DNA from: an uncultured delta proteobacterium
GTDB taxonomy: Bacteria; Desulfobacterota; Binatia; Binatales; Binataceae
DNA: 64,000 nucleotides
Assembly (NCBI GenBank): GCA_963813785.1
Contig: CAWFAJ010000001.1
Coordinates: 22,627 to 86,626, forward strand
Reading direction: 5' to 3'
How positions within the stretch are numbered: position 1 is the stretch's first letter; each line of letters begins with the position of its first letter. This document shows, piece by piece, positions 27,366-36,851 of this stretch. The notes under the pieces are model-generated. The model searched no databases, was not told the origin of the DNA, and saw only the letters and a program-made list of their open reading frames with translations. The translations under genes and the position numbers were made by a program.

Positions 27366-29943
27366 TCGGCCGCATCTGCTGTGGCTGCTGGTGCTCCTGC
27401 CGCTGGCCGTGGCGCCGGGAATTCTCGCGATGCGCGGCGGAATGCGGCTGGCGGGCGCTGCGGCTGCGACACTTCGCGCGCTGTGCGTTGTCGCCCTGGT
27501 CGCGATGCTCGCGGGCTTGCGCATTCCAGGGCGTATCGCCGCGCAAAACGTCGCGGTGGTGGTGGCGCTAGATGAGTCGCGCTCGGTGTCGCCCGATCAG
27601 CAGGATTGGATGCGCGGCCGGGTCGAACAGTTGAAGTCGGCGATGGCTCCGGGCGACCGGATCGGGATTGTCGGTTTTGGCCGCGACGCGCGGCTGCTTG
27701 CACCGCTGACGGATCCCCGGCTGCTGGGGCATTTCGGCGACGGCGCCGACGGCGGGGCTACCAATATAGCCGGCGCGCTGACGGCGGCTGAAAGCCTGTT
27801 TGCGCCGGAAGCGGACAAGCGAATCGTGCTGCTGAGCGACGGCAACGAAACCGAGGATTCCGCGACGGCGGAGGTTCCCGCGATGCTCGAGGACGGGGTG
27901 CGAATTTTCGCCGCCGCGCCGCCGCCGCCGGCGACCGAGAGAATTGCGGTCACCGATTTCTATTCCCCGGACACGGTCCGCGCCGATCAGCGCTTTGCAT
28001 TCAGAATCGACGTTGACAGCGAATCGCAGTCTCCGGTGGCAGCCACGCTCAAGCTCTACCGCGACGGCACTGCCGTCGGCGGGGAAGCAATTGAGCTGAA
28101 GCCGGGGCTGAACCGCTTCGAGCTGCCGTATCGGCTGGAGCGCGCGGGTGCATACTTGATGAGCGCGGAAGTCTCGATTGCTCCACCGCGGGTGGCGTTG
28201 AATCCGCGGGTCGAGGCCGCGATTTCGGTGACCGGCGCGCCGCGGATTCTGATCGTTTCGGCCACGCCGCCGGAAAGCCTGGTGAGCGCGCTCAAAACCC
28301 GCAACTACCAGATTGATTTCGTGTCGCCACGCAGCTTGAGCGAACACCCGGTGGACTACCTGCCGTATCAGTTGATCATCCTCGACGATGTGCCCGCGGG
28401 ATCGCTGACGGGGGCGGCGCAGCACGCGCTCAATCGCTACGTCGCCGACTACGGCGGCGGACTGGTCGCGACGGGCGACACCTTGCGCGAGGAGAACCTG
28501 GCCGGCGGCGAGCTGGAAAAGGCGTTGCCGGTAAAGTTCGTGCCGCAACCGCCGCCGCCGTCGCGCGAGCCGATTGCCGTTTACCTCTGCATCGATCGCT
28601 CGAACTCGATGAGTTACGACTCGCGCTATCCGGCGGTGCGCGACGGCGAGCGAATTCGCTACGCCAAGCAAGCCGCGATCGCGCTGCTGCGCCAGCTCGA
28701 AGATACTGATTTCGCCGGGGTGGTCGCGTTCGATTCGCAGCCGTACGTGCTCGCGCATCTACAGCCGATTGGCGAAGATCGCGGCGAGCTCGAAAACCGC
28801 ATCGATCGCCTGCAACCCGGCGGCGGCACCGACTTCAAGGACGCGCTCGAAATCGCGGGACGCGAGATTCTGCAAAGCGGCATCCCGGTGCGCCAGGTGA
28901 TTCTGCTCACCGACGGCGACACCAACCGCCAGTATCAGGACCACGACGATCTGATCGCCGAATTCGCCCGCGAGCACATTCCGGTCTCGACCATCCGCAT
29001 CGGCCCCGACATGGCCAATCTGCGCTTGCTGCAGGACTTCGCGCAGGCGACCGGCGGCGTCTTCTATCGCGTGCAGGATATCGAGAAGCTGCCGCTGCTG
29101 CTGGTCGGATTGACGCGCGAGGCGATGAACCGGCGCAAGCCGGGTCGCACCACCGTCGAAGCCGGGGAGGCAACCACGATGCTCTCCGGGATCAGCATCA
29201 AGGAGATTCCGCCGATAGATTTTTTCGCCGCCGCCGAGCCCAAAGACGGTGCGCAAGTCACGCTCAAAATCGCGCGCGGGGGCAAAACTGCGCCGCTGCT
29301 CGCGGCGTGGCAGTATGGACTCGGGCGCAGCGCAATTTTCGCCGCCGAACCCGATTCACTCGCCACGCTGAGCTGGATTCGATGGAACCGCTACGCGGAA
29401 TTCTGGTCGCAACTGGCGGGTTGGACGATGCGCCAGGGCGACTCCGGGATGTTCACGATGCGCGTCCACGGCGCGCCTGACGGGTCGATCACAGTCGAGG
29501 CTGAAAGGGCCGACGCCAATCCCGTCAGCAACCTGGTGTGCCGGATCACCGGGCCGGGACGCGCCATCGACGTTGCGATGACCGAGGCCGGCGCGTCGAT
29601 CTATCGGGGCGAAGTCGGGCCGCTGCCGCGCGGCAAGTACGTCGCGACGCTGATGTTCAAAGCGGGCGAGTCCGAAAAGATTCTCGAGCAGCGCGAATTC
29701 GCCGCCGCCGGATCGATTCCGGCCGACAGCGCCGAGCTGCGCATCAAGCCGCCCAATCTCGAACTGCTGCGCCGGCTGTCAACCGCGACGCACGGCGCGT
29801 TCGACGCGCCCGCCGCGACAATTCTCCGCCACAGCGGTCAGACCGTGGCATTTCGCCGCAGCGCGGACGCGTGGCTGATTCCCATTGTGATCATGCTGTT
29901 CCTGGGTGAAGTGTTTGTGCGTCGCCGCTATCTCGGCGACTGA
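27358..29943 (+). CDS. Membrane-anchored protein with two VWA/MIDAS domains (module 1)
   Basis: N-terminal TMs (HLLWLLVLLPLAV...). VWA 1 has VVALDESRSVS...LLSDGNET and VWA 2 has LCIDRSNSMS...GGGTDF...LLTDGDT. The central region may have a GATase-like fold. C-terminal TM WLIPIVIMLFLGEVF. 8-nt overlap with the upstream gene. Confidence 0.85.
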   Translation: MFDRPHLLWLLVLLPLAVAPGILAMRGGMRLAGAAAATLRALCVVALVAMLAGLRIPGRIAAQNVAVVVALDESRSVSPDQQDWMRGRVEQLKSAMAPGDRIGIVGFGRDARLLAPLTDPRLLGHFGDGADGGATNIAGALTAAESLFAPEADKRIVLLSDGNETEDSATAEVPAMLEDGVRIFAAAPPPPATERIAVTDFYSPDTVRADQRFAFRIDVDSESQSPVAATLKLYRDGTAVGGEAIELKPGLNRFELPYRLERAGAYLMSAEVSIAPPRVALNPRVEAAISVTGAPRILIVSATPPESLVSALKTRNYQIDFVSPRSLSEHPVDYLPYQLIILDDVPAGSLTGAAQHALNRYVADYGGGLVATGDTLREENLAGGELEKALPVKFVPQPPPPSREPIAVYLCIDRSNSMSYDSRYPAVRDGERIRYAKQAAIALLRQLEDTDFAGVVAFDSQPYVLAHLQPIGEDRGELENRIDRLQPGGGTDFKDALEIAGREILQSGIPVRQVILLTDGDTNRQYQDHDDLIAEFAREHIPVSTIRIGPDMANLRLLQDFAQATGGVFYRVQDIEKLPLLLVGLTREAMNRRKPGRTTVEAGEATTMLSGISIKEIPPIDFFAAAEPKDGAQVTLKIARGGKTAPLLAAWQYGLGRSAIFAAEPDSLATLSWIRWNRYAEFWSQLAGWTMRQGDSGMFTMRVHGAPDGSITVEAERADANPVSNLVCRITGPGRAIDVAMTEAGASIYRGEVGPLPRGKYVATLMFKAGESEKILEQREFAAAGSIPADSAELRIKPPNLELLRRLSTATHGAFDAPAATILRHSGQTVAFRRSADAWLIPIVIMLFLGEVFVRRRYLGD

Positions 29944-29945
29944 CG

Positions 29946-30514
29946 ATGGAGCGCTTCATGAAAAGTTCCGCTGCCAAATTTTCTCGTCTCATGGCCGCAG
30001 CCGTGTTGCTGGCCGCCCTCGCCACTACCGCCGCGACCGCGTTCGCTGCTACCTCGCCTCGCGACGCCGACGCGCTTGCCAAGTCCACCTACATCTATAT
30101 TGCAACGGTTCGCAAAGACGGCAATCAGAGCCAGCCGTGCCGGTTTGGTTCATTCCAACCGGCGACAACCAGGTCCTGATCGAAACCTCGCCGACCAGCT
30201 GGAAGGCTAAAAGAATCAAGCGCGGCAGCCCGGCGCTCATATGGATTGGCTCGCCCACCGGGCCAGCGTTCATCGGCAAGGCGGAAATCGTCGAGGACAA
30301 GACGCTGCAGGACCAGGTGATCGAGGGCTACCCCAAGAAATATCTGCTCGCGCGAATCGGCTATGCGCGTCCCACTCGCGCCAAGCTGGATTCAGGCCAG
30401 ATAATCGTGATTCGAATTTCGCCGGCGCGGGACCTGCCCGACGGATTTCAGTCAGCGCCCGGAACTCCGGCGCCCGTCCTTGACGAGAAGGCAAAGCCCG
30501 CTACCGCCCAATAG
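29946..30514 (+). pseudogene. Secreted PPOX-like (pyridoxamine 5'-phosphate oxidase fold) protein, frameshifted
   Basis: Frame 1 (29946-) gives a signal peptide plus STYIYIATVRKDGNQSQP. The other frame (ORF 29906..30514) continues VPVWFIPTGDNQVLIETSPTSWKAKRIKRGSPALIWIG...AEIVED. Junction at about 30128-30140. Confidence 0.6.
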
Positions 30515-30559
30515 AACGTGTCTTGAAATTGGACTGCCACTAGTACAGCATTCCAACCC

Positions 30560-31502
30560 ATGCGTTTAGTTCGACTGGCAATAGCTTTGGTTATCACCGC
30601 GCTGGTAGCGAGCACGAACTGCTTGGCGAGCGACTTCGGATCGCTGCGCGAGCCGGATTTCGACTTGCTCAAGCCCGCGCCACATCAAATCGACATCGAG
30701 GCCGACGACACCTACCAGTTCCTCGTTGGCGCCAACACGCTGCGGCGTCGGATCAACTCATTTCCCGACAGCGCGATTAGTTTGCAGCACGATATGGGCG
30801 TCTCGCAGATGCAACTGCCCGAGGTGCTGCTTTCGTATTGGTTCGACAGCGTCAACGCGGCGCAGTTCCAATTCAGATACTTCGGTTTGTATGGCAGCAA
30901 ATATGAAACTCAGCCGCTGGCATTTGGCGGATCGATAATCTCTCCGAACCAGAAGCTGAATCCCGGCGGTACGCGATGGTACACGTTCGGTGGATACTAC
31001 GAGCGCCGCCTGACGCCGCTGTATCAGGATCGCGAACAGGGATTGCCGGTCTTTCTCCAGGGATGGGACTTGCGCGCAAAGATCGGATTGGAATTCACTT
31101 ACAACGATTTTCGAATCAACGACGGCTCGCCGAAGTTCAGCCAGCGTCTCGCTGTACGAGGCGCGAATCCGTTTCCATGATAAGGGGCTGCCGATACCGG
31201 CGATCGGCCTGGAGGCGCGGCGATGGCTGGCGCCCAACTTCGCGTTCGAGGTGACCGCGCAGGGCTATTGGGCCAACAAGTGGGACTCCGGACGCAGCGA
31301 GGGCGGAACGGTTTACGACTCGCAATCGGGCTTCGAGACGCACTGGCGCGTCGTTTACTCCAATCGCGACTGGCGCGGTTTCGCCCCATTTGGCGGCTTA
31401 AGCTACTACTACTCGAAATACACGCAGACTTCGTCGGGCGTGGGCAACCTGCTGCGCGTGCAGATGATCGGTCCCGAGGTCGGCTTCAACTGGAGCATCT
31501 GA
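30560..31502 (+). pseudogene. Outer-membrane beta-barrel protein, frameshifted
   Basis: ORF 30560..31180 (signal peptide, beta-strand pattern) stops at 31180. The +1-shifted frame reads on from about 31150 as LYEARIRFHDKGLPIPAIGLEARRWLAPNFAFEVTAQGYWANKW... to 31502. Confidence 0.6.
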
Positions 31503-31557
31503 TCCTCGCGTGACATAGCCGCTGGCCTCACGCGCGCCGCGAAGTTATATCAGGATC

Positions 31558-31956
31558 GTGGCGAACGATTCTCCATCCGCGCTGATCAAGTGCGCGCTCA
31601 ATTGCCGATGCCCGGTATGCCGAAACGGCGCAATTTTCCGATCGCATTTCAGGATGAATCGCGAGTGCCCGCGATGCCACGTGGTGTTCTGGAAGGATCC
31701 GGGAGAGACGTTGGGCGCGATGTATCTCGACTTCGCGGTGGCCTCCGGCTCGTTCCTTGTCGGCTGGGCGATTCTCGCCTTCGCCACGCGCCTCTCTGAT
31801 GCCGTCGAGATATTTTTTCTGAGCGCGATCGCCGCCGGCAGCGTGCTGCTCTGCTACCCGCTCACGCGCAGCGCGTGGACCGTGCTGGTTTATCTGTCGG
31901 GCGGAATCGAACGCCCGCCCTTGCGGGCCATCCAGGGCGGCAAGAAAGCTTCTTGA
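31558..31956 (+). CDS. DUF983-like zinc-ribbon membrane protein
   Basis: 132 aa. CxxC...CxxC (CRCPVCRNG...CPRCH) followed by two TM segments. GTG start. Confidence 0.7.
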   Translation: MANDSPSALIKCALNCRCPVCRNGAIFRSHFRMNRECPRCHVVFWKDPGETLGAMYLDFAVASGSFLVGWAILAFATRLSDAVEIFFLSAIAAGSVLLCYPLTRSAWTVLVYLSGGIERPPLRAIQGGKKAS

Positions 31957-31984
31957 CCTTGCTCGAGCCTCGCAGTGGCGCGCT

Positions 31985-33181
31985 TTAGTCGCGTCGCGCC
32001 AATTTTGGGCGCGCCGCCAGCTTCTCCTGCAGATGGCTGAGGCGCTCGGCGGCTGCTGCGATCGTCTCGTCGCTTTTCGAAAACGTAAATCGAATCTTCC
32101 GATGCCCCAATTCCGGCCGATGGTAAAAGCTTGAACCCGGCACCGCGGCGACCCCGACTTCATCGAGGATGAAATCCGCCGCCGCGAAGTCGTCTTTGAA
32201 TCCGAGTCCGCCAATTTCCGCCACGATGTAATACGCGCCGTCGGGGTTGCTGCATTCCAGGCCGGCCCTCGTGAGCGCCGCGTACAACGCGCCGCGCTTG
32301 CGCTCGTACATCGCGGTCAGCTCCGAATAAAACGATTGCGGCAGCCGCAGTGCGAAGGCCCCGGCTTCCTGCAGCGGATGCGGCGCGCCCACGGTCAGAA
32401 AGTCATGCACCTTGCGAATCGCCGCGGTGATTCTTTCGCTGGCGATCGCGTATGCCAGCCGCCATCCCGTGATCGAGTAGGTCTTCGACAGCCCGCTAAT
32501 CGTCACCGTCCGCTCGGCCATCCCCGCAAGGCTCGCGATCGATACGTGGCGCGCGCCGCCGTAAATGATGTGCTCGTAAATCTCATCGGTGATCGCCAGC
32601 GTGTCATGACGGCGGCATAGCGAGGCGATCGCTTCGAGCTCGGGCCGCGTGAAGACCTTGCCGCTCGGATTGTGCGGAGTGTTGATCACGATTGCCTTGG
32701 TGCGCGGACCGAATGCCGCTTCGAGCTCGGCTCGATCGATCGAAAAATCCGGATCGCGCAGCGCCACGTAGCGCGGCGTCGCACCGGCCAGGATCACGTC
32801 GGGGCCGTAGTTCTCGTAGAACGGCTCGAAGATGATCACCTCGTCGCCGGGGTTGATCACCGCCAGCATCGTCGCGATCATCGCCTCGGTCGCGCCGCAG
32901 GTTACCGTGATATTGCGGTCGGGATCGCACGCGACGGCGTTGTAGCGGAGCATTTTGTCCGCGATTGCGCGGCGGAAATTCGGCGAGCCGTGGGTGATCG
33001 CGTACTGATTGTAATCCTCGTCGATCGCGCGCTTGGCGGCTTGCTTGATTTCGGCCGGGGCGGGAAAGTCGGGAAATCCCTGCGCCAGGTTTACCGCACC
33101 GGACTTGAGCGCTCGCCGCGTCATCTCGCGGATCACGGATTCGGTGAACAGTCGTGTCTTGGCGGAAATGTCAGTCGGCAT
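31985..33181 (-). CDS. PLP-dependent aminotransferase, class I/II (YbdL/kynurenine aminotransferase-like)
   Basis: 398 aa. NLAQGFPDFP, YNQYAITHGSPNFR, INTPHNPSGKVF, and the PLP-lysine motif SGLSKTYSITGWRLAY. Confidence 0.92.
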   Translation of the reverse strand: MPTDISAKTRLFTESVIREMTRRALKSGAVNLAQGFPDFPAPAEIKQAAKRAIDEDYNQYAITHGSPNFRRAIADKMLRYNAVACDPDRNITVTCGATEAMIATMLAVINPGDEVIIFEPFYENYGPDVILAGATPRYVALRDPDFSIDRAELEAAFGPRTKAIVINTPHNPSGKVFTRPELEAIASLCRRHDTLAITDEIYEHIIYGGARHVSIASLAGMAERTVTISGLSKTYSITGWRLAYAIASERITAAIRKVHDFLTVGAPHPLQEAGAFALRLPQSFYSELTAMYERKRGALYAALTRAGLECSNPDGAYYIVAEIGGLGFKDDFAAADFILDEVGVAAVPGSSFYHRPELGHRKIRFTFSKSDETIAAAAERLSHLQEKLAARPKLARRD

Positions 33182-33415
33182 GACTCTGAGCGATCATCGC
33201 GCGCGTAAATTCGACCCGCGCGGCAGCTCGGCTGTTCGGATTCTAGCCGCGCACGCGTGCGCGCGACAACTTAGCCGATTTCAATGTCAGCTTAAATCGA
33301 AAATTAGCCGCGAATTGTGAATCGAACTGACTTCAGGGGCGGATCGGGTCGGCGGACGAAACCGGGGGGTTCTTTGAATTCTGCGAAATGGGCTGGCGAC
33401 GCTACGCTCCGTCCG

Positions 33416-33619
33416 CTAATCAGCCCCTTCCTCTTGCAGCACGCCCGGTCCCTGGCGCAGCCGCCATTCATCGATTACCTCGACGTTGAAGCGCCAGTCG
33501 CTTCCGATCTTGAACCCGGGCAACTGTCCTTTCTTGAGCAGGCGGTAGATCGTCGAGCGATGCACCCGCAAATACTCGGCCAGTTCATTGACTGTCAGCA
33601 CCTTCGTCGAGGATGCCAT
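33416..33619 (-). CDS. Excisionase-family (MerR-like) helix-turn-helix DNA-binding protein
   Basis: 67 aa. LTVNELAEYLRVHRSTIYRLLKKGQLPGFKIGSDWRFNVEVIDEW matches the excise/HTH_17-type motif. Confidence 0.8.
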   Translation of the reverse strand: MASSTKVLTVNELAEYLRVHRSTIYRLLKKGQLPGFKIGSDWRFNVEVIDEWRLRQGPGVLQEEGAD

Positions 33620-33808
33620 CCTTTCACTTCCTCTTTAATGCGCCTATCCGTTCTTACGCTGGCAAACAGGCCACCATAAAACTTGAACTGCGCTATAGAC
33701 TCTCTTATTGGACTATTTCCCGCCCTAGGTCAAGCCTTAGGGGGGTATATTGCGCCTCATTGTGTTATTCAGCACTGATTCGGCACTGTTTTCGGGCCTT
33801 TTGACGGT

Positions 33809-35269
33809 CTAGCCGAACAGCCGGTTGGCCGCTTCCCTCAGCTCCGCGCGATGGTCCGGGTGAGCAACCGCGATCAATTCGGCGGCGCGCTCGCGATGGT
33901 TCTTGCCCAGCAGCCGCGCGATTCCGAACTCGGTCACGACGGTATCGGCGAAGTAACGCGGCACCGTTACCAATGCGCCGGCTTCGAGTTGCGGCACGAT
34001 GCGCGAAATTGCGCCGCCCACCGCGGTCGATTGCAGCAAGGTAATCGCGCGTCCGCCCGGGCATAGAAACGCACCGATATGAGTTTCCGGCTGCCCTCCC
34101 GTCCCGTTCATCATCCGCGCGCCGAGCACGCTCTCGGAGTTAATCTGACCGGTCAGATCGATGCTGAGAGCATTGTTGATCGACGTCTGCCGGTAGTTCG
34201 AGGAAACTGTCGCCAGCTTGAGCACGTAGTCGGGATCGTAAAGCTCGAACGCCGGGTTGTCGTCGATTATCCGCAGGTCTTCCGGGTCCGAGCCCGTCCA
34301 CGCGACCGCCACCGCCTTGCCGCGATGAATCGTCTTGCGCCGGCCGTTGATGATCCCGGCGTCAACCAGCCGCGCGATTCCCGGCGCGACCATCTCGGTA
34401 TGCAGCCCCAGGTCGTGCTTGCGGTCGAATGCGCCCAGCCGCGCCATCTGCGAACCGGGTTCTCCGATTCCGATCTGAATCGTCACGCCGTCTTCGACGA
34501 GTTCGCTCAAGTATCCCGCCACCGCCTTCAGCTCTTCGGCCGGCTGCGCAAGGCCGAGCAACACGCGCAGGTCCTGAAGTGGCGTGCGTTGCAGATACTG
34601 AACGATCGGCCAGATACGTTCGACTCCCGCTTCCGCAATGATCGCGCGGATGCCATCGCGCTTTTCCGCGTCCATCGTCGCGAGCGCCTGCTCGATCACC
34701 GCCAGGTTGGGCTGCGGCGGAGTTCCCTCGACGAAATAGTCGAACTCCGAGACATGCATGTAAACGTCGCCGTAAGTGCGGGTCATGCTCGCGTCGACCT
34801 CGGCGATCGCACGGCGCGCGCGCCGCACGTACATCCGCTTGTTCCACTGATGCGGCCCGAAGCTGACGAATCCCTTGGCGTTGGGCGTGGTGACGTTGAC
34901 GAAGGTGAAATCTATCGGCTTGTCTTCGGCCGGCCGTTCGTCGTGCGGCTTGAAGCCGGTCGAAAATAAATTGGGCAGGTAGGTGGCCGCATGGCTGTCA
35001 TGCGACGGGCGTCCCAGGTTGCCGATGAACAGCTCGAACTCGAGCCGGAAATGCGCCGCGACTTCTCCGCCCAGCCATCCCGGGTCGATTATCGGCGACG
35101 ACATCCTGAGATCGACCACGCCGCCGATCTGCTTGCCTCGCGCCGCCAACGCCGCCTGCATCACGGTTCCCGCCGCGAGCGGGAAATTCACCCGCATCCC
35201 CGCCTTTACCATTGCGGCCGCTTCCCCGGGCGAAATCGTGCGCGATCGGTAATACTCCTGCCAGTTCAT
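33809..35269 (-). CDS. Acetyl-CoA hydrolase/transferase family protein (4-hydroxybutyrate CoA-transferase-like)
   Basis: Start at MNWQEYYRSRTISPGEAAAMVKAGMRV (codon 76 of track ORF). Also GIGEPGS, LGLHTEMV, SINNALSIDLTGQINSES and GGQPET motifs. Confidence 0.88.
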   Translation of the reverse strand: MNWQEYYRSRTISPGEAAAMVKAGMRVNFPLAAGTVMQAALAARGKQIGGVVDLRMSSPIIDPGWLGGEVAAHFRLEFELFIGNLGRPSHDSHAATYLPNLFSTGFKPHDERPAEDKPIDFTFVNVTTPNAKGFVSFGPHQWNKRMYVRRARRAIAEVDASMTRTYGDVYMHVSEFDYFVEGTPPQPNLAVIEQALATMDAEKRDGIRAIIAEAGVERIWPIVQYLQRTPLQDLRVLLGLAQPAEELKAVAGYLSELVEDGVTIQIGIGEPGSQMARLGAFDRKHDLGLHTEMVAPGIARLVDAGIINGRRKTIHRGKAVAVAWTGSDPEDLRIIDDNPAFELYDPDYVLKLATVSSNYRQTSINNALSIDLTGQINSESVLGARMMNGTGGQPETHIGAFLCPGGRAITLLQSTAVGGAISRIVPQLEAGALVTVPRYFADTVVTEFGIARLLGKNHRERAAELIAVAHPDHRAELREAANRLFG

Positions 35270-35398
35270 TTGAGCGTTTCCTCTTGGATTTGCGGGCCCC
35301 GGCGGCCAACGAACCGTGACTTCGAACCGACACAATGCCTGATTGACCGCGTGTGCGGCAAACTTGTTCGCCTCCACTCGAGCGGCTAGCTTTCCAGC

Positions 35399-36097
35399 AT
35401 GCTGATTGCCGACGGCGAGTTGCGCTACGACATCCGTTGCGCCGGCGAGTTGATCGCTGTCGAGGAAGAAACCCTGGCCGCAGGCAGGATCCACGGCATC
35501 CGGCGCCCCGCCAGCGGATCCAACGTGTACGAAGTCGAAGCCGAGCTCGACGACGCCGGGCTCATCCGGCGCGTAGTCGTGAGCTACAGCCGCGGCCCCT
35601 TCACTCGCAATGCCACCTACGAATCAGCCGACAATTTCCTGCGCGGCAACGTCGGCGCGATGGGCGGGCGCAACAACTTGACCACCAAGCTCGGGCGCTA
35701 CGGCGAAGTGGATGCCGACCTGATCATCTTTCGCGCTCTGACCATCGCCCACATTCGCGGCCGCGGGCAGACGCGATGGACCGGCCGGGTGGCGGCAATC
35801 GATCCGAATACACTCGTCGCCGCCACCTTCAAACAGTCGTGCCGCCAGCGTAGCAACGATCCGCACCTGTGGATTTACGAACCGCGGATGGGCGACTCCG
35901 AGGAAATTGAGATTGACGACTCGGGACTCGTGATGCGCCGGCGCGATTCACGCGGCATCGATACCATGCTGGTCTCGAAGACCTCTCCGCTGGAACCGGA
36001 TTCTGATCCGGGACCCGTTCGAATACACAGGGAAAATTCCGCCCGCATCTTTCTTAAATTCTGGGTGCACCCGCCGCAGGGCTCTGCCATCGTGTAG
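35399..36097 (+). CDS. Hypothetical protein
   Basis: 232-aa ORF with protein-like composition and no recognised motif. Its last ~15 codons run into degenerate repeat DNA (CTGGGTGCACCCGCCGCAGGG). Confidence 0.4.
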   Translation: MLIADGELRYDIRCAGELIAVEEETLAAGRIHGIRRPASGSNVYEVEAELDDAGLIRRVVVSYSRGPFTRNATYESADNFLRGNVGAMGGRNNLTTKLGRYGEVDADLIIFRALTIAHIRGRGQTRWTGRVAAIDPNTLVAATFKQSCRQRSNDPHLWIYEPRMGDSEEIEIDDSGLVMRRRDSRGIDTMLVSKTSPLEPDSDPGPVRIHRENSARIFLKFWVHPPQGSAIV

Positions 36098-36285
36098 TCG
36101 CGAAAAGATGCGTTGCGCAGATTTTCGCGTCTTCTACACTGGGTGCAGGGCCGCACCCCTGGCCGTGGCGACGGCAGCGCAGAATTAAACCGTTGGCAGG
36201 GGCCGCGCCCGCCAACGGCGGGCGGCCTTAATACTGGGTGCAGGGGTCACCCCTGCAACCCACGGTGGGTTCCGCATTAGATAAA
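36095..36285. repeat. Mosaic REP/BIME-like repeat locus D
   Basis: Reverse-oriented CGCGAAAAGATGCG..CGCAGATTTTCGCG module, CTGGGTGCAGGG-CCGCACCCCTGG, the GGCCTTAATACTGGGTGCAGGGGTCACCCCTGC unit and the AACCCACGGTGGGTTCCGC hairpin. Confidence 0.8.
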
Positions 36286-36330
36286 GTGGATTGTCGGCTG
36301 TGGGGCGCGCGCGGGCGGCTATCGCCCCTG

Positions 36331-36678
36331 CTACGCAGCGAGCTTCTTGGCCGGCATCTTGCAATCGCCGTCGAATTGCGCGCCCTCGTTGAGCACCAGG
36401 CTCGGCGTATTGATCGTGCACTGCGCTCGCGCCGTCGCCATCAACTCGACGCGTTCGCGCGCTGTCACTTCGCCGCTGAACGCGCCCGCGATCGTCACCT
36501 TGCCCGCGGAAATCCGTGCGCTGACCACCGCGCCGCTGGTGATTACGACTTCATCGCCGGTGATCTCGCCTTCCGCTTCGCCTTCGATTTTTACCGGGCC
36601 GCGAAAGTTGAGTTTTCCCGAAGCCTTGGTGCCTTTTCCGATCCGTGACTCGAATCCCGATTCTTCGTTGAGCGCCAT
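36331..36678 (-). CDS. Bactofilin-family cytoskeletal protein
   Basis: Start at MALNEESGF. Repetitive beta-helix pattern IGKGTKASGKLNFRGPVKIEGEAEGEITGDEVVITSGAVVSARISAGKVTIAGAFSGEVTA. Confidence 0.85.
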   Translation of the reverse strand: MALNEESGFESRIGKGTKASGKLNFRGPVKIEGEAEGEITGDEVVITSGAVVSARISAGKVTIAGAFSGEVTARERVELMATARAQCTINTPSLVLNEGAQFDGDCKMPAKKLAA

Positions 36679-36851
36679 ATACTGATTGCCTTTCCCGGTT
36701 TGGGGTTTCACTATTGCGGGAATGCGCGGGCGCACGCAATCTCGCCGGCCGGATCGCGAATGTGAATGAAGCGTTAAGTAGTGCGGCGTAACTGGCTTGC
36801 ACGCGTCACGTCGCGCGGCGCAATGTTTTTAACAAGGAGATTCGGCATCAA

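Noticed and set aside
22153-29943. The MoxR-VWA modules as an anti-phage or conflict system of the MoxR-vWA ternary type.
   Set aside because: I see no effector, protease, nuclease, STAND or other conflict-associated domain. The architecture matches the widespread Bat/DUF58-type envelope module instead.
33182-35400. Integrated prophage or ICE around the excisionase-like HTH.
   Set aside because: There is no integrase, recombinase, phage structural gene, tRNA or flanking direct repeats. The neighbours are ordinary metabolic genes.
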